A stretch of DNA of 64,000 nucleotides from Mobula hypostoma (GCF_963921235.1 NC_086108.1:108564001-108628000), one strand, 5' to 3'. Shown: positions 1 through 12,041, counted from the first letter of the stretch. Made by a program: numbers and translations. The notes: a model not told the origin generated them from the sequence alone.

Positions 1-850
1 TGAAACCAAAGGATGGGAATGGGCCTGTCAAGATTCTCTATCAGAACCACCTTCTGCCTCTGGGACAAGGGATGCAGGCTGACCCCCAGCCCGACCTGGA
101 GCCTACGCCTAGTAAGAGGACTCTGCAGTGACACGGGGCGGCTGCATGACCAACATCAGGAGAGATTAGACCGGCACCCGCCCTTGAGCAGGTTACTGAT
201 TTGGAGGATGAGGACATGGGGATGTGGTATATGCTGACTTTTGCTAGCTCCCCACTGATTGAGGAAGAGACTCCCAACCCTTCTCACACTGAGTCAGGTG
301 AAATCGGGGGCGGGGGGGGGTAGGGTATCTGTGGACGGCCTGGGTTTCAGCAGGGCCTTGTAAGGGATGAAGTGGGGCTCAGCCAAGGGACAGAGGGGTC
401 TGAGTTGCAGGTGATAGGCCAAGGAAGGCCTTGCCAGGTAGATCAGAAGTATCCCCAGTAGTGTCGGAATATGAAGAGGTAGATGAGGGGGACCAGAGGT
501 CCCAGAGAATTAGGAGATCACCGGATAGGCTGGCCTATGTAGCACTGGGAGAACAGAGTGGTCCCTACCACTTTGGGGAGCTCTGTCACTGCCTTTTACA
601 CCTGAGTTGGAATTTGTGCTTTGCAGGAAGGGTTGCCAAATTATCTCAAAGTCATGAGGACATGACTAAATTTGGTGGGGGGGAGAGCGTAACGCTCTGC
701 TAATGTAATGGTTTCTCTGTAGCAGCAGAGTTTGGGTTATGACTAGAGATAATGGGAGCTTTGGAATGTGCGGTGTCCGATGAAGGGAGGTTTTTCTTTC
801 TTGTGTGCCCGAGTGTGAGGGAAACTGTTTTATATAAAGGGTGGTGTGTA
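1..850 (+). mobile_element. Gypsy LTR retrotransposon 3' end: integrase C-terminus, PPT and start of 3' LTR (degraded)
   Basis: Frame 3 reads KPKDGNGPVKILYQNHLLPLG (xLHRNHLLP-type motif). ORF 431..703 has RSQRIRRSPDRLAY. Purine tract at 674-687 is followed by CGTAACG (decayed TG LTR start) at 688. Confidence 0.7.
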
Positions 851-1520
851 TTTTATTTATATTTATTTTATAGCGATACCGCACAGAATGGGCACTTTCA
901 GCCCACTGATCTGCCCTGTTCAACAACATACCTATCTAACATTAGCCTAATCACAGGACTTGGGTGTTGGAGTGGAGATATGTCTCTACCAAAGAGGTAT
1001 AAGGTGCTCCTTCCCTCCACCAGCCTGCAGGTCACCCTTGGACAAGGTGTAGCACCATCTTAGCCCAATCAGGGTCATGTAAAACCATGGGACCAGGTGG
1101 TGGATGTTCGCATGAGCAGCTCGTGCATATCACAAGTCTGGGTTATGTGACCACTCACAGCAGGCAGACAATCTTGGAAGAGTATTAACAATGGCTTTGG
1201 TCATCTGTCTTGTAAAGCCACTGCCCAGAAGAAGGCAATGGCAAACCATTTCTGTAGAAAAGAACAGCCATGGTCATGGATAAGACCATGATCAATAACA
1301 TCATATGACACGGCGCATAATGATTATGATAATGAATCACAGGTCATGATAATGACCAATTAACCTACTGCCTGGACTATAGGAGGAAACCAGTGCACCC
1401 GGAGGGAACCTGCCCATACAGGAGAGGAATGCACAAACTTTCTTCTAGAGAATGCTGGAATTGAACTCCAAACTCAGCTGTAAAAGTATTGTGCTAACAA
1501 CTATATTACTGTGGCAGCCC
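851..1520 (-). mobile_element. V-SINE (HE1-like) split by an insertion at 960-1334
   Basis: Reverse tRNA-like head near 1520, V-domain-like GGAGGAAACCAGTGCACCCGGAGG on the plus strand, and a CR1-like tail with TAAA-type repeats near 851-905. Confidence 0.65.
960..1334 (+). mobile_element. RTE-related non-autonomous retroposon, copy 1
   Basis: 3' part has the BovB/RTE-type motif GAAGGCAATGGCAAACCA and an ATG/TGAT tail. TSD AATCACAGG at 949-957 and 1335-1343. Second copy at 59143-59560. Confidence 0.7.
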
Positions 1521-2134
1521 GTGTATATGGAATAAGTTGCATGAGGAAGTGGTTGAGAAAGACCCAGTACAACTTTTAAAATATATTTGGACAGGTACAT
1601 AGGGGGGAAAGGTTTAGAGCAAAATTGTCCAAACACAGGCCATTGTAAAGTAGCTTAGAATGGCTTATTGGTCCGTATGGAACAGTTGGGCTGAATGGCC
1701 TGCAGGACTCCATGACTCGGCAACAAGTTCTTATGGACAACAACATGATGACTCGGGGAAAATAAGGACAAATGTCATGGCGGGCATTGTATTTGGAATG
1801 TGACATCAAACCCCACCCACGCCTACTCTAAACAACCTCCTTCACAACATATTCCCGTGATATTAAATCTGGTTCTGATACTCTCTTAGATGGACTTAAA
1901 TAGTTGCATTCAAACCTGGACTGGCCACTCTGGCAGTCCTGGCAATCCTCAGAGGGTCTGGTGCATTTCAGAGATGGTGCGCTGGTCTATCAAAGGAAAA
2001 TTAAACTAAACAGCTCATGTAATCACCGTCAAAATAACAAATGCTCTCTGGCTTTCATTTATTTTTACGTCCTCTGACCTGAGTGTGATATTTCTGACAT
2101 TGGCCCATTGCTGAATCTGATGCTCCATGGGATG

Positions 2135-2555
2135 GTTGACATTGAATGTGTGCACCATGGTGCAAGGCCATGATGAGAGAGATTGTGAGGTCAAGAATCC
2201 ATCTTTTCGTACTAGGTGACCATTCACTAATCTGATAACAGTGGGACAGAAGCTCTCCATGAGCCTGGTGGTACCCACTTTCAGACTTTCATTAAGGATT
2301 CCCATCACCCAGACCATGCCCTCTTCTCATTGCTACCATCAAGGGGGAGGTATAGGAGCCTAAAGACACCTCCAATTTTCAGGAACAGCTTCTCCTCCTC
2401 CGCCATCAGATTTCTGAATGGAAATTGAACTTATGAACAGAACCTCACTAATTTGTTCACTTTTGAAACTATTTATTTATATTTTACATATTTCTATGTA
2501 GCATACTGTATTTTTATGTATTGCTGCAAAACCAGAACTTCATGATGTCAGTGAT
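2135..2555. mobile_element. Two Rex1/Babar-type 3' fragments, back to back
   Basis: Minus strand SLKVGTTRLMESFCPTVIRLVNG. Plus strand from ~2291 IKDSHHPDHALFSLLPSRGRYRSLKT. Confidence 0.6.
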
Positions 2556-2556
2556 C

Positions 2557-3783
2557 CATAAGGCATAGGAGCAGAATGAGGCCATTTGGCCCATCGAGTC
2601 TTCTCTGCTATTCAATCATGGCTGATATTTTTTCCCAATCTCAGACCCACTCCCCGGCCTTCCCCCTGTAACCTTTGATGTTGTGTCCAATCTCTACCTT
2701 AAATAGCCCAACGAACTGGCCTCCACAGCTACCTGTGGTAATAAATTCCACAAAATTCACCACCCTCTGCTTAAAGAAATTTTGCTGCATCTCTGTTTTA
2801 AATGGATGCCCCTTTATCCAGAGGCTGTGCCCTCTTGTCCTTCATGGGAAACATCATTTCCACATCTACTCTGTCTAAGCCTTTCAACATTCAAAAGATT
2901 TTAATGAGATCCCCCCTCATCCTTCTAAATTCCAGCGAGTACAGACCCAGAGTCATCAAACGTTCCTCGTATGATAGCCCTTTGATTCCTGGAATCATCA
3001 TTGTGAACCTCCCCTGGACCACCTCCAATGCCAGCACATCTTTTCTTAGATGAGGAGCCCAAAACTCTTCATAATACTGAAGGTGAGGCCTCACCAGTGC
3101 CTTATAAAGCCTCAGCATCACATCCCTGCTCTTGTATTCTAGACCTCTTGAAATGAATGCTGACATTGCATTTGCCTTCTTCACCACCAACCTGCAAGTT
3201 AACCTTTAGGGTGTTCTGCACAAAGAACCCCAAGTCCCTTTGCATCTTAGATTTTTGTATTTTCTCCCCATTTAGAAAATAGTCTGCACATTTATTTCTA
3301 CTTCCAAAGTGCATGGTCATGCATTTTCCAACATTGTATTTCATTTGGCACTCTCTTGCCCATTCTCCTAATCTGTCTAAGTCCTTCTGCATCCTACCTG
3401 TTTCCTCAACACTAGTTGCCCTTCCACCAATCTTCATATCATCTGCAAACTTGGCAACAAAGTCATTTATTCCACCATCTAAATCATTGCTATACAGCAT
3501 AAAAGCAGCAGTCCCAATACGGACCTCTGCGGAACACCACCAGTCACTGGCAGCCAAACAGGAAAGAATCCTTTTATTCCCACTCTCTTCCTCCTGCCAA
3601 TCAGCCAATGCTTTAACCATGCTGGCAACTCTCCTGTAATACCATGGGCTCTTAACTTGGTACACACCCTCAAATGTGGCACCTTGTCAAAGGCCTTCTG
3701 AAAGTCCAGATATACAACGTCAACTGCATCCCCTTTAGCAATCATTCTTCTCAAAGAATTCCAACAGGTTTGTCAGGCAAGAT
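2557..3783 (-). mobile_element. CR1 LINE 3' fragment (degraded RT + tail)
   Basis: Frameshifted ORFs with VDVVYLDFQKAFDKVPH, KFADD and LYKALVRPHL; CR1 tail at the left end. Confidence 0.9.
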
Positions 3784-4221
3784 ATCTGGGGTGGGTGGGA
3801 AACCACACTTTGATTGTGCCGGTGGTTTTCCTGAAACAGCAGAAAGAGTAGTTAGAGTCCATGGAGGGGTGGCTGTTTTCTGTGATATCTTAAACCATGT
3901 CCAAGTCAACGTGCCTGTTACTGAACTGTACAATTTTGTGACCCCTATGCACCATATCACATTAGCAACATTTTACTTCAAATACAGGGGAGTATCTACT
4001 TAGTACCTACTTTATCAGTTGCCTCCTGTACCTAATAAAGTGGCCACTGAGTGTCTGTTTATGTTCTTCTGCTGCTGTAGCCCATCCACTTCAAGGTTCA
4101 ATGTGCTGTGCACTGTTGTAAGACGTGGTTATTTGAGTTACTATTGTCTTTCTGTCAAATTGATCCAGTCTGGTCATTCTCCTCTGACCTCTCTCATCAA
4201 CAAGATGTGTTCACCCACAGG

Positions 4222-4490
4222 ATAGCATGGCAGTGTAGTGGTTAGCACAACACTTTACAGTACAGGCGACCCAGAGGCAATTCCCGCTGCTGTCTGTAAG
4301 AAGTTTGTATGTTCTCCTTGTGACTGCATGGGTTTTCTGCAGGTGCTCTAGTTTTCTCCCACAGTCCAAAGACGTATAGGTGGATTGGTCATTGTAAATT
4401 GTCCCGTGATTAAGTTAAGATTAAATCAGGGGTTGTTGGGCGGCTCAGTTGGAAAGGCCGGAAGGGGTTATTCTGCACTGTCTTTCTACA
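4222..4490 (+). mobile_element. V-SINE (HE1-like): tRNA head + V domain + CR1-like tail
   Basis: GTGTAGTGGTTAGCAC A-box region, CTCCCACAGTCCAAAGAC V-domain, tail GGCCGGAAGGGG..TTCTGCACTGT. Confidence 0.8.
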
Positions 4491-4568
4491 GTTTTGTATT
4501 TTGCACCCTTCTCTGTGAACTCTAGAGTCTGTTGTGTGTGAATATCCCAAGAGATCAGCACTTTCTGA

Positions 4569-5537
4569 GAATTAAATGCAGCATCTCCAAGTTTGCGGAT
4601 GACACGAAGCTGGGTGGCAGTGTTAGCTGTGAGGAGGATGCTAAGAGGATGCAGGGTGACTTGGATAGGTTGGGTGAGTGGGCAAATTCATGGCAGATGC
4701 AATTTAATGTGGATAAATGTGAAGTTATCCACTTTGGTGGCAAAAATAGGAAAACAGATTATTATCTGAATGGTGGCTGATTAGGAAAAGGGGAGGTGCA
4801 ACGAGACCTGGGTGTCATTATACACCAGTCATTGAAAGTGGGCATGCAGGTACAGCAGGCGGTGAAAAAGGCGAATGGTATGCTGGCATTTATAGCGAGA
4901 GGATTCGAGTACAGGAGCAGGGAGGTACCACTGCAGTTGTACAAGGCCTTGGTGAGACCACACCTGGAGTATTGTGTGCAGTTTTGGTCCCCTAATCTGA
5001 GGAAAGACATCCTTGCCATAGAGGGAGTACAAAGAAGGTTCACCAGATTGATTCCTGGGATGGCAGGACTTTCATATGAAGAAAGACTGGATGAACTGGG
5101 CTTGTACTCGTTGGAATTTAGAAGATTGAGGGGGGATCTGATTGAAACGTATAAGATCCTAAAGGGATTGGACAGGCTAGATGCAGGAAGATTGTTCCCG
5201 ATGTTGGGGAAGTCCAGAACGAGGGGCCACAGTTTGAGGATAGAGGGGAAGCGTTTTAGGACCGAGATTAGGAAAAACTTCTTCACACAGAGAGTGGTGA
5301 ATCTGTGGAATTCTCTGCCACAGGAAACAGTTGAGGCCAGTTCATTGGCTATATTTAAGAGGGAGTTAGATATGGCCCTTGTGGCTACGGGGGTCAGGGG
5401 GTATGGAGGGAAGGCTGGGGCGGGGTTCTGAGTTGGATGATCAGCCATGATCATAATAAATGGCGGTGCAGGCTCGAAGGGCCGAATGGCCTACTCCTGC
5501 ACCTATTTTCTATGTTTCTATGTTTCTATGTTTCTAT
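4569..5537 (+). mobile_element. Young CR1 LINE, 5'-truncated
   Basis: ORFs 4532..4780 (KFADD) and 4796..5431 separated by one TGA at 4778. (TTTCTATG)n tail. Near-identical to the 18001 and 21613 copies. Confidence 0.95.
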
Positions 5538-5904
5538 AACTCAAAATGCCCCATCTAGCACCAACAATGGTCAAGAAGTTCAGTTGTTGCTCAAACCAAA
5601 CATCTGAATGGGAAGGAAATGGGATCTAAGTGACTTTAAAGCCTTGCAAAGATGGACTACAACAGCAGAAGACCACGAACATGTACTCAGTGGCCACTTT
5701 ACTTGGTACAGGAGGTGCTAAATAAAGTGGCCGCTGAGTGAGATGTATTTTGATAATAAATTTGTTTTGACTTTGACTTGACAGCTGGGAATTGTCAATA
5801 CAATTATGAATGCAAGGGAAGTAGAATGAGGGGCTGAGGTCACAGGCTTGCAGGGCACCAGTGCTGAGGATAATTGTGGAGGAGATGTCATTGCCCACCA
5901 TTAC

Positions 5905-6388
5905 TGTAAATAAATTTGAAAGAGTACACAGAAAATTTACAAGGATGTTGGCAGAAGTGTAAGACCTGAGTTATAAAGAAAGATTGAACAGGTTATGACT
6001 TTATTCCTTGGAACGTAGAAGATTGAGTAGATATTTGATAGAGGTATACAAAATTATGAGGGGTATAGATAGGATAATTGCAAGCAGGCTTTTTGCACTG
6101 AGGTTGAACTAAAACTCATGGGTTAAGGGTGAAAGGTGAAAAGTATAAAGGGAACATGAGGGGAACTTCTTCACTCAGAGGGTGGTGAGAGTGTGGAACG
6201 AGCTGCCAGTGCAAGTGGTGGATGAGATATTGATTTCAACTTTTAAGGGAAGTTTGGATAGGTACCTGGGTGAGAAGGATATGGAGGCCTTGATGTAAGT
6301 CAATGGGACTAGGCAGTTTAAATGTTTCAGCATAGACTAGATGGGCCAAAGGCCCTGACTCAGTTTTGTACTTTTCTATGAGTCTATG
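5905..6388 (+). mobile_element. Old CR1 3' fragment
   Basis: ERVHRKFTRML..., TTCTTCACTCAGAGGGTGGTGAGAGTGTGGAACGAGCTGCC, TCTATGA tail. Confidence 0.8.
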
Positions 6389-7769
6389 ATTGCAGACCAT
6401 TGGTCAGGAAGTCAAGGGTCCAGCCTCAGATGGATGTGTAGAGAGGCAGGTCAATCTGAACTCCAGAGGTCAAGGCCTGATGTCTGGAGCCGCGAGTCTG
6501 CAAAGCTCTGCCAATCTGCTGGAGGTGGCAAGAGGAGCGGGCTTGTTTCGCTGTTGTTGCTCTCGCCTGATATATTCTGTTTTGCTGTGTTTTATGCTGC
6601 TCTTCTGAGCATCATGGGACAAGAGTCATACAGTTGTAGAACAGTGAAGCATAGAAACCAGCCCTCTGGACTATCTAGTCCATGCTGAACTACTAATTTG
6701 CCTGGTTCCATCAACCTCCACCCAGACCATTGTGTTCCATAACCCACTGACTCATGTACCTATCCGAATTTCTCTTAAATATTGAAATCAAACCCAAATC
6801 CACCATTTCTGATGGCAACTCATTCCATATTCTCACCATCCCGAGTGAAGAAATTGCCCCTCATGTTCCTCTTAAACATTTCACCCTGACTTTTCTTAAT
6901 CTCATCTACAAATCTTCGATGTAACTGCACTCAGAAATAGGCCTTTTGACCCATATAGTCCATGCTGAGCTTTTATTTTGTCCAGTCTCACCTGGAGCAG
7001 TTCTCTCCATAACCTTCCCATGCATGTACTATCCAAACTTCTCCTAAATGTGGCAATCAAACATCATCCACTGCTTTCTTCAGAAGCTCGTTCCACAATC
7101 TCACCTCTGAGTGAAGATGTTCAGTCTCTGAGGTGAAGGTGTTCACTCTCAGGCTTCCCTTAAACATGCCACCTTTCACCCTTAACCAATGAGCTCTAGG
7201 TCTTGACTCTCCCAACCTCAGTTGAAAAAGCCTGCTTGCATTTACCCTATCTATACCCCTTATAATTTTGTGTACCTCTATCAAATCTCCCCTGTTTCAC
7301 CAACACTCCGGGGAATAAAGTCCTAACTGATCCAATCTTTCCTTATAACTCAGGTCCTCAAGTCTTAGCCCCATCCTTGTAAATTTTCCCTGCACTCTTT
7401 CAATCTTATTGACATCTTTCCTATAGGGAGGTGACCAGAACTACACACAATACTCCAAGTTAGATCTCCCCAACACCTTATGCAAGTACATCACATCCCA
7501 ACTCCTGTATTCAAAACATTGATTTATGAAAGTCAATGTGTCAAAAGATTTCTTTCCAAACCTATCTAATTGTGACCCCACTTTTAATGAATTAAACAGC
7601 CTGTCAAAAGCCTTTCTAAAGTCCATGTAGACAACATCCACTGCCTTGTCTTCATCAAATTTCCAGATAACCTCCTTGAAAAACGCTGTAAGATTGGTTA
7701 AACATGTCCTATCACACACAAAGCCATGTTGACTACTCCTAATCAGTCCCAGCCTATCCAAATATTTTA

Positions 7770-8246
7770 TGAGGGGTGATTGACAAGTTCGTGGCCTAAG
7801 GTAGAAGGAGTCAATTCTAGAAAACCTAGTACATTTATTTTCCAACATAGTCCCCTCCTACATTTACACACTTAATCCAGCGGTCGTGGAGCATACGGAT
7901 CTTGGACCTCCAGAAAGTGTCCACTGCAGGGGTGATTGATAAGTTTATGGCCTAAGGTAGAAGGCGATGAGTTATTAACTTCAAACTTTCTGCATAATCA
8001 TTCAAAGTGTTGAACTGCATGTGCATGTAACGAGAGCTGTATAACTCATATTCTTCTACCGTAAGCCACAAACTTATCAATCACCCCTGCTGTGAACACT
8101 TTCTGGAGGTCCAAGATCCCTATGCTCCACGACCGCTGGACTAAATGTGTACATGTAGGAGGGGACTATGTTGAAAAATAAGTGTGCTAGGTTTTCTAAA
8201 ATTGACTCCTTCTACCTTAAGCCACAAACTTATCAATCACTCCTTG
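7770..8246. mobile_element. Palindromic mariner-derived MITE, copy 1
   Basis: TA at 7768-69 and 8247-48. About 200 bp inverted arms starting GAGGGGTGATTGA. 8122-8181 encodes the mariner C-terminus MLHDRWTKCVHVGGDYVEK*. Confidence 0.9.
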
Positions 8247-10156
8247 TATCTATCCAAACCCTTAGAATATCTTCCAATAACTTACACACTACTGATGTCA
8301 GGCTCACTGGCCTATACTTTCCAGGCTTATTAGAGAGTTTCTTCACCAATGGAACAACATTAACTATCCTTCAGTACTCTAGCACCTCATCAGCAGTTAA
8401 GGATGTTTTAAATATCTTTGCTCAGGCCTCTGCAATTTCTGCACTAGCCTGTCACAGGGTCCAAGGGAACATCTTCTCAGGCCTGGGATTGACCCACCCT
8501 AAGAGAACAAATACTTCCTCCTCTGTAATCTGTAGATGGTCCAGGACCACACTGCTGCTTTGCCTCACTTCTGTAGACTCTGTGTCTATCTCTGAGTAAA
8601 TGCAGGTGCAAAAATCCACTTAAAATCTCCCCCATATCATTCAGCTCCGTGCATGGATGGATGATGACTCTGACCTTCCAGAGAACTAATTTTGTTGCTT
8701 GGTACCCTTTTGCTCTTAATATGTCTGTAGATGTCCTTGTTAGAACAATCTCATTTCTTCTTTTAACCCTCCTGACTTCCTTCATAAGTGTTCTTTTGCA
8801 TTTCTATACTCCTCGAGTACCTAATTTGTTCCTACCTGCCTATAACTGTTTTGTATCTCCTTCTTTTTCTTAACCAGGCCTCAATATCTCTTGAAAACCA
8901 AGGTTCCCTAAGTCTGTTAGCTTTACCTTTTATTCTGACAGGCACATATAAGCTTTGTACTCTTAAATTTTCACTTTTGAAGGGCTCCTACTTACAAAGT
9001 ACACGTTTGCCAGAAAAGAGCCCGTAGCAGATTCTTTCCACTTGCTAGATTCTTTCTGATAGCATCAAAATTGGCCTTTTTCTGATTTATAATTTCAACC
9101 CGCAGACCAGACCTATTGTTTTCCATAATTACCTTGAAACTAATGGCATTATGGTCATGGATGCAAAGTGTTTCCCTACACAAGCCCTTGTCACCTGCCC
9201 TGTCTCATTCCCTAATTGCAGATCAAGTATCACACATTCCCATGGGACTTCTAGGTACTGATTAAGGAAACTTTCCTGAACACACTTATCAAACTTTATG
9301 CCATCAAGCCCTTTTACTGTGTGGGAGTTCCAGTCAACAAATGGAAAGTTAAAAATCACCTACTATCACAACCTTATGGCTCTTACAACAGTCTATGATT
9401 TCTTAACAAATTTGTTCCTCTAAGTCCCATAAACTGTTGAGTGGTCTGTAATATCGCCCCACTAACATGGTCATACCCTTCTTATTCCTCAGTTCCACCC
9501 ATACAGTCTCAGTCTGCTCTGTCACTGTGACATTTTCCCTGATTAGTAAGTCATCACTTCCCTATTTATCCCTCCCACTCTGCTACGACTAAACCAACTG
9601 AACCTCAAAGCATTGAGCTGCCAGTCCCGCCCCTCCCACAACCAACTCTCACTAATGGCTAGAATGTCACAATTCCACATGCTGATCCATGCCCTAAGCT
9701 CATCCGCCTTTCCTACAATACTCCTTGCATTGATGTTTTTGCAGCTCAGAACATTAGTCTCACCATGCTCAACCTTTCAATTGCTGACGTTGTATGTAGG
9801 CTTAACAGCGACTTTCCCCACAACCACTCCACTAACTGCTCTGGCACTTTAGTTTCCAGCCCGCTGCATCTCTGCTTTAAACCCATCCCCACTGTGCAGC
9901 ACTAGCAAACCTTTCTGCTAGGGTATTAGTCCCCATCCAGTTCAGGTGCAAACTGTCCCTTCTGTACAGGTCCCACCTTCCCTGGAAGAGAGCCCAATAA
10001 TCCGAAAATCTGAAGCCCTCCCCCTTGCACCATCTTCTCAGCCATGTGTTAAACTGTATGATCCTCCTGTTTCTGGCTTCACCAGCACATGGCATAGGTA
10101 GCAATTTTGAAATCACAACCCTGGAGGTACTGTCCTTTAACTAAGTACCTAACTCA

Positions 10157-10453
10157 AGTGGCCAAGTGGTTAAGGCATTCGTCTAGTGACCTGAAGGTCA
10201 CTAGTTCGAGCCCCAGCCGAGGCAACGTGTTGTGTCCTTGAGCAAGGCACTTAACCACACATTGCTCTGCGACGACACCGGTGCCAAGCTGTATGGGTCC
10301 TAATGCCCTTCCCTTGGACAACATTGGTGTCGTGGAGAGGGGAGACTTGCAGCATGGGCAACCGCTGGTCTTCAATACAACCTTGCCCAGGCCTGCGAAC
10401 TGGAAACCTTCCAAGGCGCAAATCCATGGTCTCATGAGATTAACGGATGCCTA
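10157..10453 (+). mobile_element. tRNA/CORE-type SINE with RTE-derived body
   Basis: A box TGGCCAAGTGG, B box AGTTCGAGCCC, CORE-like GTGTCCTTGAGCAAGGCACTTAACC. TSD TAACTCA at 10150-56 and 10454-60. Confidence 0.85.
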
Positions 10454-11440
10454 TAACTCACTGAACTCATTTTGCAGGACCTTGTCACCCATCCTATCCA
10501 TGTCATTGGTACTGATGTGGACCATGACCTTTGACTGCTCACCCTCCCACTTATGAATGCTGTGGAATTGATCCAAGATATCCCGGACCCTGGCACCCAG
10601 GAGGCAACATACCATCTGGGAATCTTTTTCGTGGCCACGGAACCTTCTTTCTGTTCCCATAACTAACACATCCCCTCTCACTATAGCTTGCCTCTTCTTC
10701 CCACAGAGACCTGATCACTATGGCTTTTCTCTGCTTGGCCATCCCACCCCCCGCCCCAATAATATCCAAAGTGATATACTGCTGTTGAGGGATGGGGATC
10801 TGCTCTAGCTGCTCATCCCCTTTTCTCACCTGATGGTCACCCAGTTAACTGTGTCCTGCACCTTGTGTGTAACTACCTCCATCTACATCCTGTCTATCAA
10901 CCCCTCAACCTCCTGAATGACCTGGAGTTCATCCAGTTCCAGCTCCAATTCCTCACATAGTCTGAAAAAAGCTGCAACTCGATGTAACTCTTACAGATGT
11001 AGTCATCAGTGTCATGGGAGGCCTCCCTACCTTCCAACATCCTGCAAGAGGAACACTGCACTATCCTGTCTGGCATCCCCTCTGTTCTGACTGTGCAAAA
11101 AGAAAGAAAGACAAATTACATGAAAAGATTTGTCTACAGCGTCTACCTCTCCTCACTGAAGCCTCTAAGAGCCAAGCCTGAACTCTCCACTCAAACATTG
11201 ATCCACTCACACAATGGCTGCTCCACTTAAACTGAACTTCCTATTACAGGCTCTTGCCAAGTGCCTAATTATGCACAATCCAAATGATTCTCAGGAACAT
11301 AGAATGGCACAGAGAATGCCCAGACCACACTGCTCTGCTTTGTTGGCTCCAGAATGCAAGGCGACACTAGCAGGCTGTCCCCAGCACATCCCCGGGTGTG
11401 TTGGTTGTTCATGCAAATGACCCATTTCACTGTTATACTT

Positions 11441-12041
11441 ACACAAAATAATCTGCAGATGCTGGGATCAAAGCAACACTCACAACACGCTGGAGGAACT
11501 CAGCAGGTCGGGCAGCATCTGTGGAAATAATCAGTCAATGTTTTGGGCCGGAACCCTTCGTCAGGACTGAAGAGGGAAGGGGCAGAGGCCCTATAAAGAA
11601 GGTGGGGGGAGGGTGGGAAGGAGAAGGCTGGTGGGTGCCAGGTGAAAAACCAGTAAGGGGAAGAACATTGAACATTGAATTCTCCATCTTCCGGTAATTC
11701 CCTCCCCCTCCCTTCCCGCATCCCAATTTCACTCTGCCCCCTCCCCCAGCTGCCTATCACCTCCCTCATGGTTCCGCCTCCTTCTACTACCCATTGTGTT
11801 TCCCCCTATTCCTTCTTCATGCCTATCCCCTCCCTGCTTCCCCTCCCCTACCCCTTTATCTTTCCCCTTACTGGTTTTTCACCTGGAACCTACCAGCCTT
11901 CTCCTTCCCACCCTCCCCCCACCTTCTTTATAGGGCCCCTGCCCCCTCCCTCTTCAGTCCTGACGAAAGGTTCCGGCCTGAAACGTTGACTGATTGTTTC
12001 CATGGATGCTGCCCGACCTGCTGAGTTCCTTCAGCGTGTTG
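11441..12041. mobile_element. Penelope-like insertion of two inverted pseudo-LTR ends
   Basis: 11441-11662 is the reverse complement of the 3' part of 11663-12041. The plus arm starts with the ORF end NIEFSIFR*. 14 bp TSD with 2 mismatches at 11427-40 and 12042-55. Confidence 0.85.
11954..11993 (+). ncRNA. Minimal type I hammerhead ribozyme motif (Penelope pLTR)
   Basis: TCAGTC-CTGACGA-A-AGG TTCCGG CCT-GAAA-CG-TT-GACTGA: 6 bp stem I, intact CUGANGA and GAAA boxes, palindromic ACGT stem III. Confidence 0.75.

Larger units (their letters stand above)
4003..5741. mobile_element. Tc1-like non-autonomous DNA element, interrupted by a SINE and a CR1
   Basis: TIR-type motif ACTCAGTGGCCACTTTA..GGTAC. 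About 100 bp inverted similarity between 4003-4097 and 5640-5741. Internal sequence resumes across both insertions (TTTCTGAGA | TAACTCAAA). Confidence 0.7.
6925..11300 (-). mobile_element. Old near-full-length CR1 (ORF1 zinc-finger/esterase + ORF2), interrupted by a mariner MITE and a SINE
   Basis: ORF1 remnants QCSSCRM (~11040), CCLLGARVRDI and FNTWLRRWCKGEGFRF..DSLHLN (SGNH esterase). ORF2 remnants SQHGF and VDVVYMDFRKAFD. Confidence 0.85.

Noticed and set aside
2135..2555. Twin-priming inversion of a single Rex element
   Set aside because: The two halves cover the same coding segment with different 3'UTRs, so they are more likely separate subfamily fragments.
4762..5454. Long antisense ORFs (also 19981..20766, 39265..39690, 46162..46584)
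   Set aside because: Shadow frames opposite LINE ORF2, repeated in each copy.
7770..8246. Repeated GGGGTGATTGATAAG units as a CRISPR-like array
   Set aside because: Eukaryotic context; the units are inverted TIR copies of a mariner derivative with no unique spacers or cas genes.
10157..10225. tRNA genes at SINE heads (also 13153, 55275, 55985)
   Set aside because: A/B boxes run directly into SINE bodies, some with TSDs; I could not build a complete cloverleaf.
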